This document shows, piece after piece, positions 26,520 to 40,303 of a DNA stretch of 64,000 nt. This DNA is from Octopus vulgaris. Lineage: Eukaryota. Under the pieces are notes generated by a model, which was not told the origin of the DNA, ran no database searches, and was given only the letters and a program-made list of their open reading frames with translations. The stretch is taken from positions 37,882,001 through 37,946,000 of the forward strand of contig OX597819.1 in NCBI GenBank assembly GCA_951406725.2, given 5' to 3'. Made by a program: the position numbers and the translations under genes. The stretch's first letter is position 1, and the number at the start of each line of letters is the position of its first letter.

Positions 26520-27695
26520 GCAAGCCAGTAGATTTCAAAGACTGACCTTGAGCTTTATTAATAGACATTGCAAAGCAAAATTGTACTGGGAACTGTACCT
26601 CAAATGACATGTCTGTTGGTTTGATTAGAATTCTTGGAATGAAAACCTTTTCCCCAGAGGCACATCCAGTGATGATGGTAGCTTCTATCACATTAGGTGA
26701 TAATGTCTTCACAATCAACCATTGCATAATTTAGGAGGATCTAAATTTCTTAGAAGCATTATTGGGGCTCCTACCTTCAGAAAAAGTTTATGTGGAGGAA
26801 TTCCAGGTGGCTCAAGAGAATTAGGAACTCTGTTGGGTAATGGACAGCTTGATTTTCACCAAGGACTGAATCAACTGAGTTGTACTTCTTAATGATTGTT
26901 GGAATTTTATTCATTAATTCATGGTTAATCCTTGCTACTGCTTCATTTTTTGGAGCAAGAATTGCTCTTTCATACAACCATTTATGTGAATTATAATTAT
27001 TACTTAAGTCTGGCAAATACCCTGTTCTTCAATTCAGCTCGGGTATTTACCATAATAGCAATATGATCCAAACTGATATCACCATTTCCATCAAATGGTA
27101 CTTTCCCATTTCCTAATTGAAGGAGCCAGGTTGAAAACTGCTTTGCACATTGGTCCCCATATAATAAAGCTCGCACATTAGTATTGAAGGAGAATTTCAG
27201 TACTTTATTCCATAGGTGTGAAGACTTAATGCATGCTTTTATTTCATCAGATCTTTTTCATATCAGAATGACTGGTAATGTCTGAAGTCCCCTGATAAAA
27301 CTAATGTAACTCCTCCCTTAGATTTTTTGTTGCTTCTGATGTCCTGTAAGGTCTTACCAAGAGTTTCCATTGCACCGCTATGTGATATGGTGCATTCATC
27401 CAAATGATAAGGTGGCATTGGCACAACACTTCTTCTGAACCTGAATCTTTGCTTATGTTGCAAATTGGATTGTCATTCGTGACCAAGTTTAGCTGTAATT
27501 TTAAAGCACTATGAGCTGTTCATCCTCCTGGGAGAATAGTGGTAGCCAAGCCAGACAATGGTACCATACAGCAACTGCAATTCTATTTTGTTATCTTACC
27601 TTGGAGAGATGCGATGTTACAAATGTTTTACCTGTGCCACCAGGAGCATCAAGAAAGAAAATTCCTCTGCTTTTTTCTAGTGATTGTGGAAGGCT
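26520..27695 (-). pseudogene. Helitron RepHel Pif1-helicase remnant
   Basis: FFLDAPGGTGKTF (Walker A), GGVTLVLSGDFR, RAILAPKN, YPTEFL and FAMSINKAQGQSL motifs, with frameshifts. Confidence 0.9.
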
Positions 27696-27946
27696 GCCCA
27701 CATGCACGCACACATGCATGCACACATACTCACACAGATATACACATACACATATAGTATCAAACATCCGATGAAATGGACGTGTGTGTGTGTGTGTGTG
27801 TATGTGAGAGAGAGAGTATGAGTGAAGGGGTGTGTTGTCATGTATATGTACATACATAAATAGGCATACATCTTTCTTGTATATATGTATGTGTGTGTAT
27901 GTATGTGTGTATGTATATGTGTGTGTGTGTCCGTGTCCAAATGCTT

Positions 27947-29208
27947 TGTCCAAATGTCTCATGTGCAAAATAAGAGAATGATCAAGCCAAAAAATACTTC
28001 AATTAACTCAAAACCATAATAATGATTGAAAGAAATGTAAATATGAACTTAATACAGTTAGTGTGATGTTTGTAGACCTTTGCTGGAGATCACCTCTGCA
28101 CATCGATTGCCACAGGACATAGCAAGTTTCCTGCACAAGTCAGGTGTTCCTTTCTTCCATTCCTCTTCTAATACACCCATAAATTCATCATAGTAGTTGG
28201 TGCCCTTTGTGTTACTTTGTCCCCAAGTATCTCCCAAAGGTTTTCAATTGGTATTAAGTCTGGACTTTGTGCTGGCCACTTCATTACTTGGATATTTTGT
28301 TCACTAAAGAATTCAGTAACATGGTTTGCAGCATGACAAGGGGCGTTATCTTGCATGAAAATGCACGGTTGATTTGGAAATGCTTGTAATGATGGGATCA
28401 CAGGCTGTTTAACCAAATTCAAATACATATTACCATTAATAGTCCCTTTAATCTGCACTAGAGGGCCAACTCTTTCAGAAGAAATCATTCCCCACACCAT
28501 GACACTTCCTCCTCCAAACTTGGCAGATTTCTTCAGGCACTTGGATTTAGCCGATCTCCTGTGAAGCACCTAACGTACTCTCTACCATCTGAACCTATTA
28601 AATTGAATTTGTTTTTAGTGCTAAAATGAACTTTTGACCAATTTTCATCCCTCCAGTTCATATGAGCTTCTGCAAATAAAAGTCTTTCCAATTTTTTCTT
28701 CTTGCTGATGATAGGTTTTGTTGCTGGGGGACAAGACTTTAATCCAAATCCCTTCAGATGACAAGACACTGTAAAGTGGCTCACTTCTGTACCATTATTT
28801 ACTTTTATTTTCTTAGAAGTTGCATCCACAGTCTTGAAAAGATCCTTCAATACATACTGTTTCATGGCTTGATCATCTTGTATGGTGGTTTTATGTGGTT
28901 TACCAGTTGCCTTTTGCAGTTCAAAATCTTTAGTTTCTTCATAGAGCTTAAGAACACATGAAACTATACTCTTAAATCTCCTTACGTCTCGTGAAATAGC
29001 CAAGAGAGTCATTCCTGAAACTTTCATCCCGACAATTTCTTTTTGGCGGTTGGGAGTAACTTTAGCGTGGTGTGCCATGTTCGGAAGCTAGCACAATACC
29101 GAGATGGTAGTAACGTTGGGCCTGCAAATGTAAACAATGTTTGAAATTTTCAGAAATTTCTGAAGGAATCTAATCGTTCTCTTATTTTGCACATGAGATA
29201 TTTGGACA
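27947..29208 (-). mobile_element. Tc1 transposon with degraded transposase
   Basis: Inverted termini of about 36 bp (tctcatgtgcaaaataagagaa). GGGSVMVWG, FMQDNAPCH and WPAQSPDLIPIENLW motifs. Confidence 0.9.
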
Positions 29209-29965
29209 CAACTAATTAACTTCTATTAAGACCATTGTACAAACTTAGATTTTTCACAGAATTTAGCTAATGGTTAACTGTATTAATGAAACCAATTACA
29301 AATTTGTACACTCACTAGCTTATTGTAAATATACAAGATCAGGACCTTAACCCATATGGATCTATGCAAGATTGCACCTAAGGACTTCTGGACTTATTAC
29401 TACAGCATCAGAAAGTTGAACTGTGAACTTTTATGCTTCTTTTTTCTTCTCTCTCTTCATCTCCTTATTCCTTTGTTCATGTCCTCTTTGTTGCCATTTC
29501 ATTAATGTAAAACCTTCTCATTTTCCGTATTTGTCCCTGATGACAGAATATCCCATACCGTTACAGAATACGTAATCATTTAGATCACCTGTGAACTAAA
29601 CCCCCAAAGTTTGTATATATATATATATATGTTTTCCATTCTATTTAACATTCACTCTATGTTGACTGGTGATACAGTATGGGCAGATTTTCAAAATCCA
29701 ATGAATTTTTATACAGTTATACAGTTACGAAATTTTACAAATGCACTTTCTCAGGGAGATATGATATACCTATTATAATAGGTAACACTACATGTACTTT
29801 TCATATTTTTTATAGTGTGATGTAACTCTTTGGAATAACAATGTTTGCAGCTGAAGAGAGCTTTAAACCATCTTTTATATCAATTATGCACTGATGTAAG
29901 AACGGGTCGTTTATAAAGCTTGAAACACGTGTACCGCGATATCCTTTGTGTTCCGTTTTTGATTT

Positions 29966-29996
<31 letters not shown>

Positions 29997-30063
29997 CCAG
30001 TCGCCATGATAGATCATTAGCCACTACACACATTTTTTTCTCTCCTTGTTTTTTTCTGTGTCC

Positions 30064-30099
30064 CTTTCTGTAGAAGAGCGTAGGCTCAAAACGTAAAAG
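30064..30099 (+). ncRNA. Decayed minimal hammerhead-like motif
   Basis: CUUU-CUGUAGA-A-GAGC-guag-GCUC-aAAA-CG-UA-AAAG, with two core substitutions. Confidence 0.5.
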
Positions 30100-30328
30100 A
30101 CTTTTTCTATTCCTGAGCGCTATACTAATACATCTGTTTGTTTTGTACACCACCTGTCGCCTTCATCTTTTGTTTTTTTCATAAACTCTCCCTATATATG
30201 TACATATATGCACATACAGATGAATATATACGTATATATACTCACACATACATGCATGTGTATTTATTGCTTTATCTCCTCTGATATTGCAAAAAAAAGT
30301 CACTATTACTTTTCCTTCTTCCCTATAG

Positions 30329-30464
30329 ATGCAGTTAAGCAGGCAAAAATTCAGAATAATGAAGAACTTAGAGAAATGGAAGAATCAATGAAGAAGTTAA
30401 ATCTTAGCCTCAGGAGAACCAGTCAGGTTTTGAGTTCCCTCGAAGCAAAAAATAATGTCATTTT
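30329..30464 (+). CDS. CCDC175-like exon 4: (H)AVKQAKIQNNEELREMEESMKKLNLSLRRTSQVLSSLEAKNNVI
   Basis: Polypyrimidine tract plus tag acceptor, TT|GTAAGG donor, phase 1 to 2, heptad-like composition. Confidence 0.88.
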
Positions 30465-31234
30465 GTAAGGCTTATAATCCAATTTAATTTTTAGTAGACT
30501 CATATTTCTTATTGTTGATATTGTCTTATCAATTAATAAGAATATATCTGAGATGTTTCTAAATTGTATTTTATTGATATCTTCACAGGTTACAAACATT
30601 CAGTACCTGATTAAGATTTTCTGAAATCTTTTCATTCTGTTTATAGGTGCAGGCATGGCTGTGTGATGAGAAGCTTGCTTCCCAACCACATGTTTCCAGC
30701 TTCAGTCCCATTGCATAGCACCTTGGGCAAGCATTTTCTACTATAGCTTTGGGATGGCCTAAGCCTTATGAACAGATTTAGTAGATGGAAACTGAAAGAA
30801 GCCTGTTGTGTCATTGCTGAACATCCGCCTTCCATGAAGATATGTGTGTTTGTGTGTGTCTGTATTTGTCCCCCTCCCCTTTTGATAACCAGTGTTGGTT
30901 TGTTTATGTCCCCCCCCCCCCGTAATTTAGCAGTGCAACAAAGAGGGACTGATAAAATAAGTACCAGGCTTAAAAAAAGTACTGGGGTTGATTCATTTGG
31001 TTAAAAATTCTTTGAGGTGGTGCTCCAGCATGGCTGCAGTCTAATGACTGAAACAGATAAAAGATGAAAGATAGTTAACTTCCATATTATAAGTTAAGAA
31101 TTTTAGATATCTTATATCTAATAGAACAAACAAATTCTTTGTTGTTCATTGTATAATCATAACCTTCTCATTTTAATTGTGGCTATAAATTTTTTTAACA
31201 AAATATATTTGCTGTCTTAAAAGCAATGAATGAG

Positions 31235-32910
31235 AATTGTGACTGGTGTAGCAGCATAGTAATCAACTGTTACAAAAGTAAAGGTGACGCCTTAGATAGA
31301 AATAATTACAGAGGTATCAAATTGTTGGATCAAGTGATGAAAGTCATGGAGTGGGTCATAGCCCAACTAATTAGAGAGAGAATTAGTTTAGATGAGATGT
31401 AGTTTGGTTTTGTGCCAGGGAAAAGCACCACTGAAGCTATATTTCTGGTAAGACGGCTGCAGGAGAAATTCCTAGCCAAAGATAAACCTCTATACTTGGC
31501 TTTCATTGACATTGAGAAAGCTTTGACAGGGTCCCTTATCTGGTGGTCAATGTGGAAACTAGGGATAGATGAGTGGTTGCTGAGAGCTGTACAAGTCGTG
31601 TACAGGGATGCTATCAGTAAGGTGTGGGTTGGCAATGAATATAGTGAAGAATTCAGGGTACAAGTAGGGGTTCACCAAAGATTAGTCCTCAGCCCCCTCT
31701 TGTTCATCATAATCCTTCAGATGATAATAGAGGAATTCAAGATAGGCTGCCCCTGGGAACTCCTCTATGCTGATGACCTTGCTCTTTTGGTTGAATCACT
31801 ACCAGAACTAGAGCAGTTTCAGATGTGGAAGCAAGGTCTGGAATCAAAGGGTCTTTGAGTGAACCTAGCAAAAATCAAAGCCTTAGTAAGTAGGAAGGCA
31901 GAAAAATCACAAATCCCTTCAGGTGGATGGCCCTGCTCAATCTGTAGAAAAGGTGTAGGTAGAAACTCCGTAAGATGTACCAAGTGTAAGCTAAGGACAC
32001 CTAAGAGCTGCAGTATTATCAGAGGAAGGTTAACAGGGAAAACAGTTTCTATGTGTGGTGCACAGGTACAATAAACACCAAAAATGTGCAGAAAATAGAT
32101 TCTATCACAGAAGTAGTTGATAGCTTCCGTTACCTAGGTGAGCAAGTCAGTAGCAGGGATGGATTCTCTGAGAGCATAGCCGCTAGAATAAGAATAAGCT
32201 GGGCAAAGTTCAGAGAGCTCCTACCTCTGCTAGTAACAAAGGGCTTCTTGCTCAGAGTAAAAGGCAGACTGTATGATGCCTGCATGTGAACAGCCATGCT
32301 ACACAGCAGTGAAACATAGGCTGTGACTGCTGAGGACATGTTTAGGCTTGTTAGAAATGAAGCTAATATGCTCTGCTGGATGTGTAATGTCAGTGTGCAT
32401 GCATGTCAGAGTGTAAGCACTCCTGAGAGAAAAGTTGGACATCAGAAGCATCAGATGTATTGTGCAAGAGAGACAACAGTGCTAGTATGGTCATGTGATG
32501 CATATGGATGAAGACAGCAGTGTGAAGAAATGTAGCACTCTGACGGTGGAGGGAACCTGTGGAAGAGGTAGACCCAGGAAGACATGGGACAAGGTAGTGA
32601 AGCACAATCTTCAAATGTTGGGCCTCACAGAGGCAACGATGAGTTACCGAGACCTTTGGAGATATGCCGTGCTTGAGAAGATCTGTCAAGCTAAGTGAGG
32701 TCATAGCCATGGCTGATGTCAGTGTCGTGTAACTGACTCGTTAAAAGCACCCTTCAATTGTTGGGTGATATGCTGTGCTTGTGAAAACCTGTTGAACCAA
32801 GTGAAATTGTAATCATGGCTGATGCCAGTGCCATCTGACTGGCACCTGTGCTGATGGCATCTAACCCATGCCAACATCGAAAACAGACATTAAATAATGG
32901 TGATGATGTT
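31235..32910 (+). mobile_element. Older degraded RTE LINE copy
   Basis: PGKSTTEAIF, LYADDL, WPCSICRK and GRGRPRKTW motifs. Stops and frameshifts. Colinear with 49470-51580. Confidence 0.9.
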
Positions 32911-33804
32911 GATTAACTTTTTAATAATTATAAAGACATTACAGAGAAATGATTTTTGCTGGTGCTAACTATTACATTGCGACCCATACTGCATTGTGAT
33001 TGTAGCCATTATATGGTTCCAAATTTGAGTATAGTATGGTATATCTGGATTTAAGGCAATAACTTTTCTAGTGTTGTTCAATAAGAACAACTAGTTTATC
33101 ATAGTTTAAATTTATTTTAAAAATTTTCATCCTTTTACATATTTTAGATTAAGTGTTATTGCTAAAAAGCTAATTGATGAGAATGGTTTTCCTCTAAATA
33201 AATACAGGACTAATTTTTCTTCAGAAAAACTAAAAGAAAATCATTAAAAAAAATATAATCAAAGCTTGCCGTTTCTATATTGGGTAAAGAACAAAAGAAA
33301 ATATAAAAAAAGAAACCATTTTTTACTTTCAGTTTTTCAGATGATAAATTGTTTGTTTATTGCTTCTGGCATATCCGCTCTCTTTTGCTCATTCCTTCTG
33401 AATTTCTATGTGTATTTTTAGAAAGAATAAACCCTTGTCTTCTAAAGCTATTGTTAACAATGAAATTTAAGAGATAAGAAAATATATTTGTCATGCATAT
33501 TGACAGACTGGTTATTAAGTTACCATTAATGTATAGCAAGCTGTACTCATTAATATATTGACTTTTACATCATCACAGTTCTTTGGTTTGTGGTTTTATC
33601 CATTCAACATCACTGCATAGAATAATTTTGATAAAGTTTCACTTTTTTTTTTTGTAGTTGTCAAACCTCATGATCATGAAATTTATAGATTTTCAAAGAA
33701 TAACAAGCATAACAAAACAACAACAACAATAGTCTTTACGTATCTGATTTTGTTACATTTTACAACACTTTGTTATATTTTGCTTGCACTTTAAACTTTT
33801 TCAG

Positions 33805-33882
33805 AATTAAAAGAAACGCACTTGTTTTGAAGTTAGACAAAAAGAATCTCGCGTGGAACAAACAGTATTCCTTGAAATACGA
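33805..33882 (+). CDS. CCDC175-like exon 5: (L)IKRNALVLKLDKKNLAWNKQYSLKY
   Basis: ctttttcag acceptor, GA|GTGAGT donor, phase 2 to 2. Confidence 0.85.
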
Positions 33883-35365
33883 GTGAGTTTTTTTGTCAAT
33901 AGCTTATTTGAATTTTTACACAGATTTTTTTTTATACTGACATGAATGTTAAAGAAAATGCATGTCTTTTTCAACTGATGTATACCTGGAATAATAGCGA
34001 TTTTTATCAGAATCACAAGGTCTCAAATTTTATGGCGATGGTATTGTTGATTAAGACATTGAGACTGACCCCTGGTTTTTGACCGGTGTCATATTTTATT
34101 GACCCCCAGAAGGATGAAATGCAATGTCAGCTGTAGCAGAATTTGAATTCAGATGTTATGGGGCATAATTAGATGCCACACATTGTTTTGTCTGATACTC
34201 TACCAGTTTTGCCAATCTATATTGAACCTTTGAATATGAACTAGAAATATCATCTGAATTCCATGCAGCCAAAATAAAGAAATTGGAATGACATGCTACT
34301 TCCAAATATAAATTGGTCACAATAAAGTGTTTCATTTATTTATCCAAAACCTCTTAACTATTTTAGAAAAGAATATGTTTTGGTTTAATTTTTCTAGTAA
34401 TTTTTAGTCTATATATTTATGTATAGATTTTAATTGTAGTCCCTCAGTTGAAAAACAGTTGACAACAGAAAGAACATTCAGCTGCAAAATTCAGCCTCAA
34501 AATCAATTCCTGTCCAAGCCTTGCAAACATAGAAAAACAAATGTTAAATCAACAAATGAATAAACAAACAAACAAAAAAACATTTTAATTGTAAATTTTG
34601 TGTCTTTCGTTTGTTGTACTAAAATGAGTTTGAATTATTGAAAATAATTTTGTCTAAAGGGAAGGAGCCATGCCTTTTGACTTCCTAGATATTTCTTTAC
34701 TGAAAAATAAAGATAGATGGGTAATGTAAATACAGTTGAAATTCTCTGAGTGAAGAATACAGGCTGGGAAAGAATTCCTGTGTGATGGGTTGTGTGAAGA
34801 GAGGATTGGATAAATGATTGGGGTTGGGGATAGAAGTAGAAGAGAGATGAGGGAGTTTAAGTGGTTGTATAACAAGTTTAGAGCAACAGAGGCAATTTTA
34901 GCAGTGGCAGAAATGAGAGAGTAAATGTGTATGTGTGTGTGTGTGAGTGTGTGTGTGAGTGTGTGTAAGAGAGAGAGAATCCAGAGGCTGTTGTAACAGT
35001 GGTAGAACTGACAGAGAAGAGGTTACAGTTCATAGGAGGAGTGACTAATATAAAAGGAGTAAAAATGACAGGGGCAAGGACCAAGTTCAGTTGCTATAAC
35101 TTTTGTTGTTGTTCCAGTATAAGCAACAGAGAGGATACAGTTCAGAGGGGAACTAACCATTGCAGTGAAATGATGTTTGTAACTCTTCAAAGTTGCCTTT
35201 GTAAAACATTATTTCAAGTTACCTTTATAAAACAATACTATATTGCAAGTTACCTTCATCCAGTATTATGATGTATATAAATAATTCCAGATTTAAATGG
35301 GTTTTTTTAAATATAAGAACTATTACACATGACATGCATTGAATATTTCATTGTAATTCTTTTAG

Positions 35366-35420
35366 GATACAAATCAAAATATATGAAACCAAAGAAAAGA
35401 TCAAAAAGTTATCTAATGAG
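35366..35420 (+). CDS. CCDC175-like exon 6: (E)IQIKIYETKEKIKKLSNE
   Basis: ttcttttag acceptor, GAG|GTAAAT donor, phase 2 to 0. Confidence 0.85.
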
Positions 35421-35596
35421 GTAAATTTTGAAATAAATTCTCAAATCTATTTCTATCTGTAAGTTGCTTCATTCACATTGCTAGCACATTTAATAACAAA
35501 AATCTATCTTAGTTTGTTGCTAAATAATTATTTGATGCTTTGAAAATATATTTTATACAAACTCTGACATTTGTATGTTTATAAAATATTTTCTAG

Positions 35597-35695
35597 ATTG
35601 TTAATTACCAGGAAGAAATTCTAAAAATGAAAGAATCTCTAATTGAAGACCATGCAGCAGCTATTAAAGAGGCAAAAGAAATTTCCCCCCTATTG
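35597..35695 (+). CDS. CCDC175-like exon 7: IVNYQEEILKMKESLIEDHAAAIKEAKEISPLL
   Basis: ttttctag acceptor, TTG|GTAAGT donor, phase 0 to 0. Confidence 0.87.
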
Positions 35696-36459
35696 GTAAG
35701 TACCATAACTAAAACAAAAATTTATAATTTATATATTCATGATATATACAAATTATGTTATGAAGGACATCACATTAGCAAGGGCATCTAGCTGTACAAA
35801 TAATGCTAAAGCAGACATTGACACATGACAGGGCCCATCGGATCATGTCAAACTGTCCAATCCGTGCCAGCATAGAACTTGAATGTTAAATGATGATGAT
35901 GATGATATTTATGATATATAATTTGAAATGATAAATAGTTTAAATAAACATCCCCAGTTTATAATATTTCTATTATTATTCTAATAATTTTTACTCAATA
36001 TGGAAAACAAAACTTTAGTGTATTTTTGCCTCCCCCCCCCAAAAAAACCTACTGTGATTTATAAAGATAATTTATAGAAATGCTCCATTCTTTGGCAGCA
36101 TTTTTTTTATGTTTAATATTTATTGCTTTGAAGGTGCATGGCTCAATAGTTAGAGTGTTGGGATCACAATAATGAGATAGTGAGTTTGATTCCCTGACTG
36201 AGCTGTGTGTTGTGTTATTGAGCAAGACACTTTATTTTCATGTTGCTTCAGTTCACTCAGTTGTAGAAATGAATTGCCAAGCTGTATCAGCTTTTGCCTT
36301 TCCTTTGGATAACATTGGTTGCATGGAGAGTAGAGGCTGGCATGCATGGAGGACTGCTGGTTTTCCGTAAACAATGTTGCCTGGACTTGCACCTAGGAGG
36401 GGAACTTTCTAGGTGCAGTCCCATGGTCATTCACAGCTGAAGGAGATCTTTCCCCTATC

Positions 36460-36900
36460 TATTACTTCAAAAAAGACCAAGGTCATTTCATCTACAAGGA
36501 AAGTAATGGCCTCAGGTTTTGGGATCCAAAAAGCATTGTTTATTGACTATCTTCAGAAGGGCCTCACCATTAATGGAGAGTACTACACCAAATTGCTGAG
36601 GCAAAAACAAAAGGCAGTCAAGATCAAACACCCGGGGAAACTGATGAACAGGGTCTTGTTTCATGAGAGCAATGCTACTGCATACAAGTCCTTGGTTATA
36701 ATGGCTGCTGTGTGTGACTTTGGCTTTGAACTGGTTGCTCACTCTCTATATTCTCCTGATTTGGCCCCATCTAATATATGTTCCCCAACATGAAAAATCA
36801 CTTGGCTGAGAACCAGTATCGCAGAGATCATGATGATGTCATATCTGCTGTTGATGACTATTTTTTGGACCAACAAGATGAAAGCTTCTTCATCACTCAG
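36460..36900 (+). mobile_element. Mariner transposase catalytic-domain remnant
   Basis: KVMAS..G, IDYLQKG.TINGEYY and YSPDLAPS motifs. Confidence 0.8.
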
Positions 36901-36949
36901 TCCAGCAATTTGATACCCTTATAATTATTTCTGTCTAGGGTACTAGAGA

Positions 36950-37730
36950 TTTTAAGCATATCAACGGTGATTCCTGATGGGCTGGAAGCTTTCCCTGTTT
37001 TCATGCCCCTAATTACTTTATCTACTAAGCTGCTGTCGATTTGAATAACCGGACCCTCTGTTAGGTCCACATTAGGTAGGCTCTCCTTCTATACATTCTC
37101 TACATTTAACAGCCTTTCATAGCGGCACTCCCAAGCCTCTTTCTTTACAAAATCACTAACTGCAAGTGAGCCATCATCCATGTGAACACATTTCTCTTCT
37201 ACCACATTATGATTTTCTCTGACATGCTGTCTAGCAATTCAGAACACTTCAAGCCTCTGGTCCACATGACACAGAACATTGACAAACTTCCTCCTTTTTG
37301 CTTCTCCCCTGGCTAAGTACACTTGTCTTCTAGCCTCTCTCCTAGCTTCCTGATATAGTTCCATGCTACTATCACTCTTCCAGTCCTTCCAGGCCTGTTT
37401 CTTTGCTCTAATGGCCTTCTCTACAGCATCATTCCACCACCACATTAACCTAGGTCTGGTTGGAACTTTGCACCAGCTGTTGGTTTGGTCTATGGTACTC
37501 AGCAAGCTGTCCCACAGGAATTCCCGGTTGCCCTCTGTTACTAGTCTGTACTTCCTCCTCCTCATCATCAAATTTCTCAATTAGGGTGCCCCCAAATATA
37601 TGACCGTATAAATGATCCTTAATCTTCCAAATCCTTCTTTTCCAGATTGGTCTGCTTCTTGGCATCCTTCTAGCTTGAACTATAAAATCACTAATGACTA
37701 GTCTATACTGGGGGGTACATTCTTCAGGGA
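36950..37730 (-). mobile_element. RTE LINE fragment (endonuclease-RT linker)
   Basis: WWWNDAVEKAIRAKKQAWK, homologous to 48650-49400. Confidence 0.85.
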
Positions 37731-38064
37731 AATCTTAATTTGCTTGGAAATAGGTGAGGGTTGGTGACAGTTAGGGCATTCAGCTGTAAGAAATCTGCCT
37801 CAGTAAATTCCATCTGGCCCATGCAAATGTGGGAAAGTGGAAGTTAAAACAATGATGATGATGATTTCATATATATATATATACCGAAGTAAACACATAA
37901 ATGTAAAACAAGGTGGAAAAAAGAGTACTCAAATACCAGGGGTAGAGTAATATGCTTTATTTAAAAGCAGCAGAAATTCAACAAAACCTGTTACTCAGAG
38001 TTTTTCACGTTCCGGTTCGTTGGATAGTTTTTGACTATAGAAATATATATATATATATATATAT

Positions 38065-38363
38065 CACGTGATATCACGTGACCGACCAGACCATCAGATG
38101 TTGCTACACATCGCTGGTCACAATGCATTTGCATTGTTTTAGCCTGCGAATGACGCCACCCCACTGGCTAGATGAGCAGGCCAACAGAAGAAAGAGAGAA
38201 AAAGTGGTGAAAGAGTACAGCAGGGATCGCTACCCCCTGCCGGAGCCTCGTGGAGCTTTTAGGTATTTTCGCTCAATAAACACTCACAATGCTCGGTCTG
38301 GGAATTGAAACCACGATCCTACGACCGCGAGTCCGCTGCCCTAACCATTGGGCCATTGCGCCT

Positions 38364-38366
<3 letters not shown>
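38065..38366 (-). mobile_element. tRNA-derived SINE
   Basis: Reverse complement tggaggcgcaatggcccaatggttagggcagcggactc...ggtttcaattccc. Confidence 0.8.
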
Positions 38367-38432
<66 letters not shown>

Positions 38433-38666
38433 GTCAAATCGAACATTAAAAATTGAACATTGAAAATAATAAAACAACAATGATGTACACATGGACTGTA
38501 TTAGTGTGACATCCAGTAAAGGTGGAAAAAGAGTGGGTTTTTTAGCTCTTTGTCAGAAAGAGGAGAAAGGAAAGGTGCAGAGAAGGAAAAAGTCCAGAAA
38601 AAGCACTTGTGAGGAATTATATACTCACCTATATACATACTTATACATTTATATGCATATACAAAA

Positions 38667-38713
<47 letters not shown>

Positions 38714-38732
38714 CACACATACATACATACAT

Positions 38733-38808
<76 letters not shown>

Positions 38809-38884
38809 ACACACACGCACATATATATATATGAAAAAACAAGTCAGGATAGAAAATGCTAAAATGATTTTATAAAAAACATAT

Positions 38885-38920
38885 CAGTACCGGTTTCAGT
38901 CATTGAGACCTTTTCAACTG
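38885..38920 (-). ncRNA. Minimal type I hammerhead ribozyme motif, U3-A8 variant
   Basis: CAG-UUGAAAA-GGUC-ucaau-GACU-GAAA-CCGG-UA-CUG. Confidence 0.65.
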
Positions 38921-39193
38921 TAACAATTAAATAATTAAATTTAGAAAAATTAAAAGAAAATTTTTTTAAAAGAATATTTGTATAGTGTTCAAATATAAGT
39001 GGCATTTTCCTTGTTTCTGCCTTTCTCTGTCTCTCTTGTTTACTCTTGTAAATTCTTGGTAGAGATGAAGAAGAAGGAGGAGGAGGAGAAGGGGAGGAGG
39101 AAGACGAAGAATTTGGAAGTGCCTTGATTGTGGTATTTTGAATGGTCAGTGGAGGCTATATCAGCTTGTGTGTTCCTTTTCATCCTTATACAT

Positions 39194-39254
<61 letters not shown>

Positions 39255-39328
39255 TGTATGTATACACACACATATATATATATCTACATATCAATTAAAA
39301 GATTTTTTTTTTTATGTATAATAAATAG

Positions 39329-39384
39329 AATGAAGTAAAGGCTCTCGATGATGAGTGGCATGCGAAGAATTCAATTATACAGGC
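39329..39384 (+). CDS. CCDC175-like exon 8: NEVKALDDEWHAKNSIIQ
   Basis: T-tract...aaatag acceptor, GC|GTAAGT donor, phase 0 to 2. It is needed to join the phases of exons 7 and 9. Confidence 0.8.
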
Positions 39385-40303
39385 GTAAGTTTAAGCAGTG
39401 AATATTTTTTTTCTCTGGATTTTGGTGTCTGTTTCCAGGTAAGTGCTTCCTGTTGTCATATAGAAGTGATAGTATATGATGAGATTAACTACACTGATTA
39501 TCATGCTAATAATTCATTTAAATATTGATTACTGCTGTAATCATATATGATATGAACAAAGTTTTTCAGTGCAAAACAATAGTTAACATTATCAAATAAC
39601 CAGTATTGGTTTAAAGAGCTTGATTAGATTATTATCTGCTACTATATCATTTGAAGGAATGATGTAAATTCTGATTCAAAATTTCGTATGTTTAATTTTA
39701 TTTTGCTTGAAATTACAACTGGCTCAACAGAGATGTTTTCTTATGCATCAAAATCACCGAAAAAACTAAATTCAAAAATTAAATTCAAATTCAAATGTGA
39801 ATTGAAATACAGTAAAATACCAAACTTTTTGGTGATTCTTCTTGACTTTATGCTAAATTTTCTTTTAAAATTGAAGTACAATGTGAATTTCATTTTAATT
39901 TCAATTTAAAAGATTTTCAAACTGAAATTAAAATAAAGCTGGAAATTCAATTTTAAAAGAAATTGTCCCTCCAATGACTTTAGTTTATGAAAACTCTCCT
40001 GTTTTCATCTGTATGGAAATTAAAAAAAATAAATAAAAGAATAATCCACAAAAAGTCTGTGGATTAAACATGTTCCTGTTTAACCTCACCATTTGATCTC
40101 AGAGTAAACATTTCATCTCTCTGATAAAAGATTTGACCCAAAATGTTAGATGTTTCTTCTCTTCATTCAAAACAACTTATTCCTCATTCAAAACTTTTTG
40201 TATAGGTACAAGCATGGCTATATAGTTAAGAAGCTTGATTTGCAACCACATGGCTTTGGATTCAGTTCCACTGCATGGCACTTTGTGTAAGTGTCTTCTA
40301 CTA

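Noticed and set aside
29530-29570. CTGATGA near a (TA)n tract
   Set aside because: No helix II-GAAA follows, so the hammerhead cannot be completed
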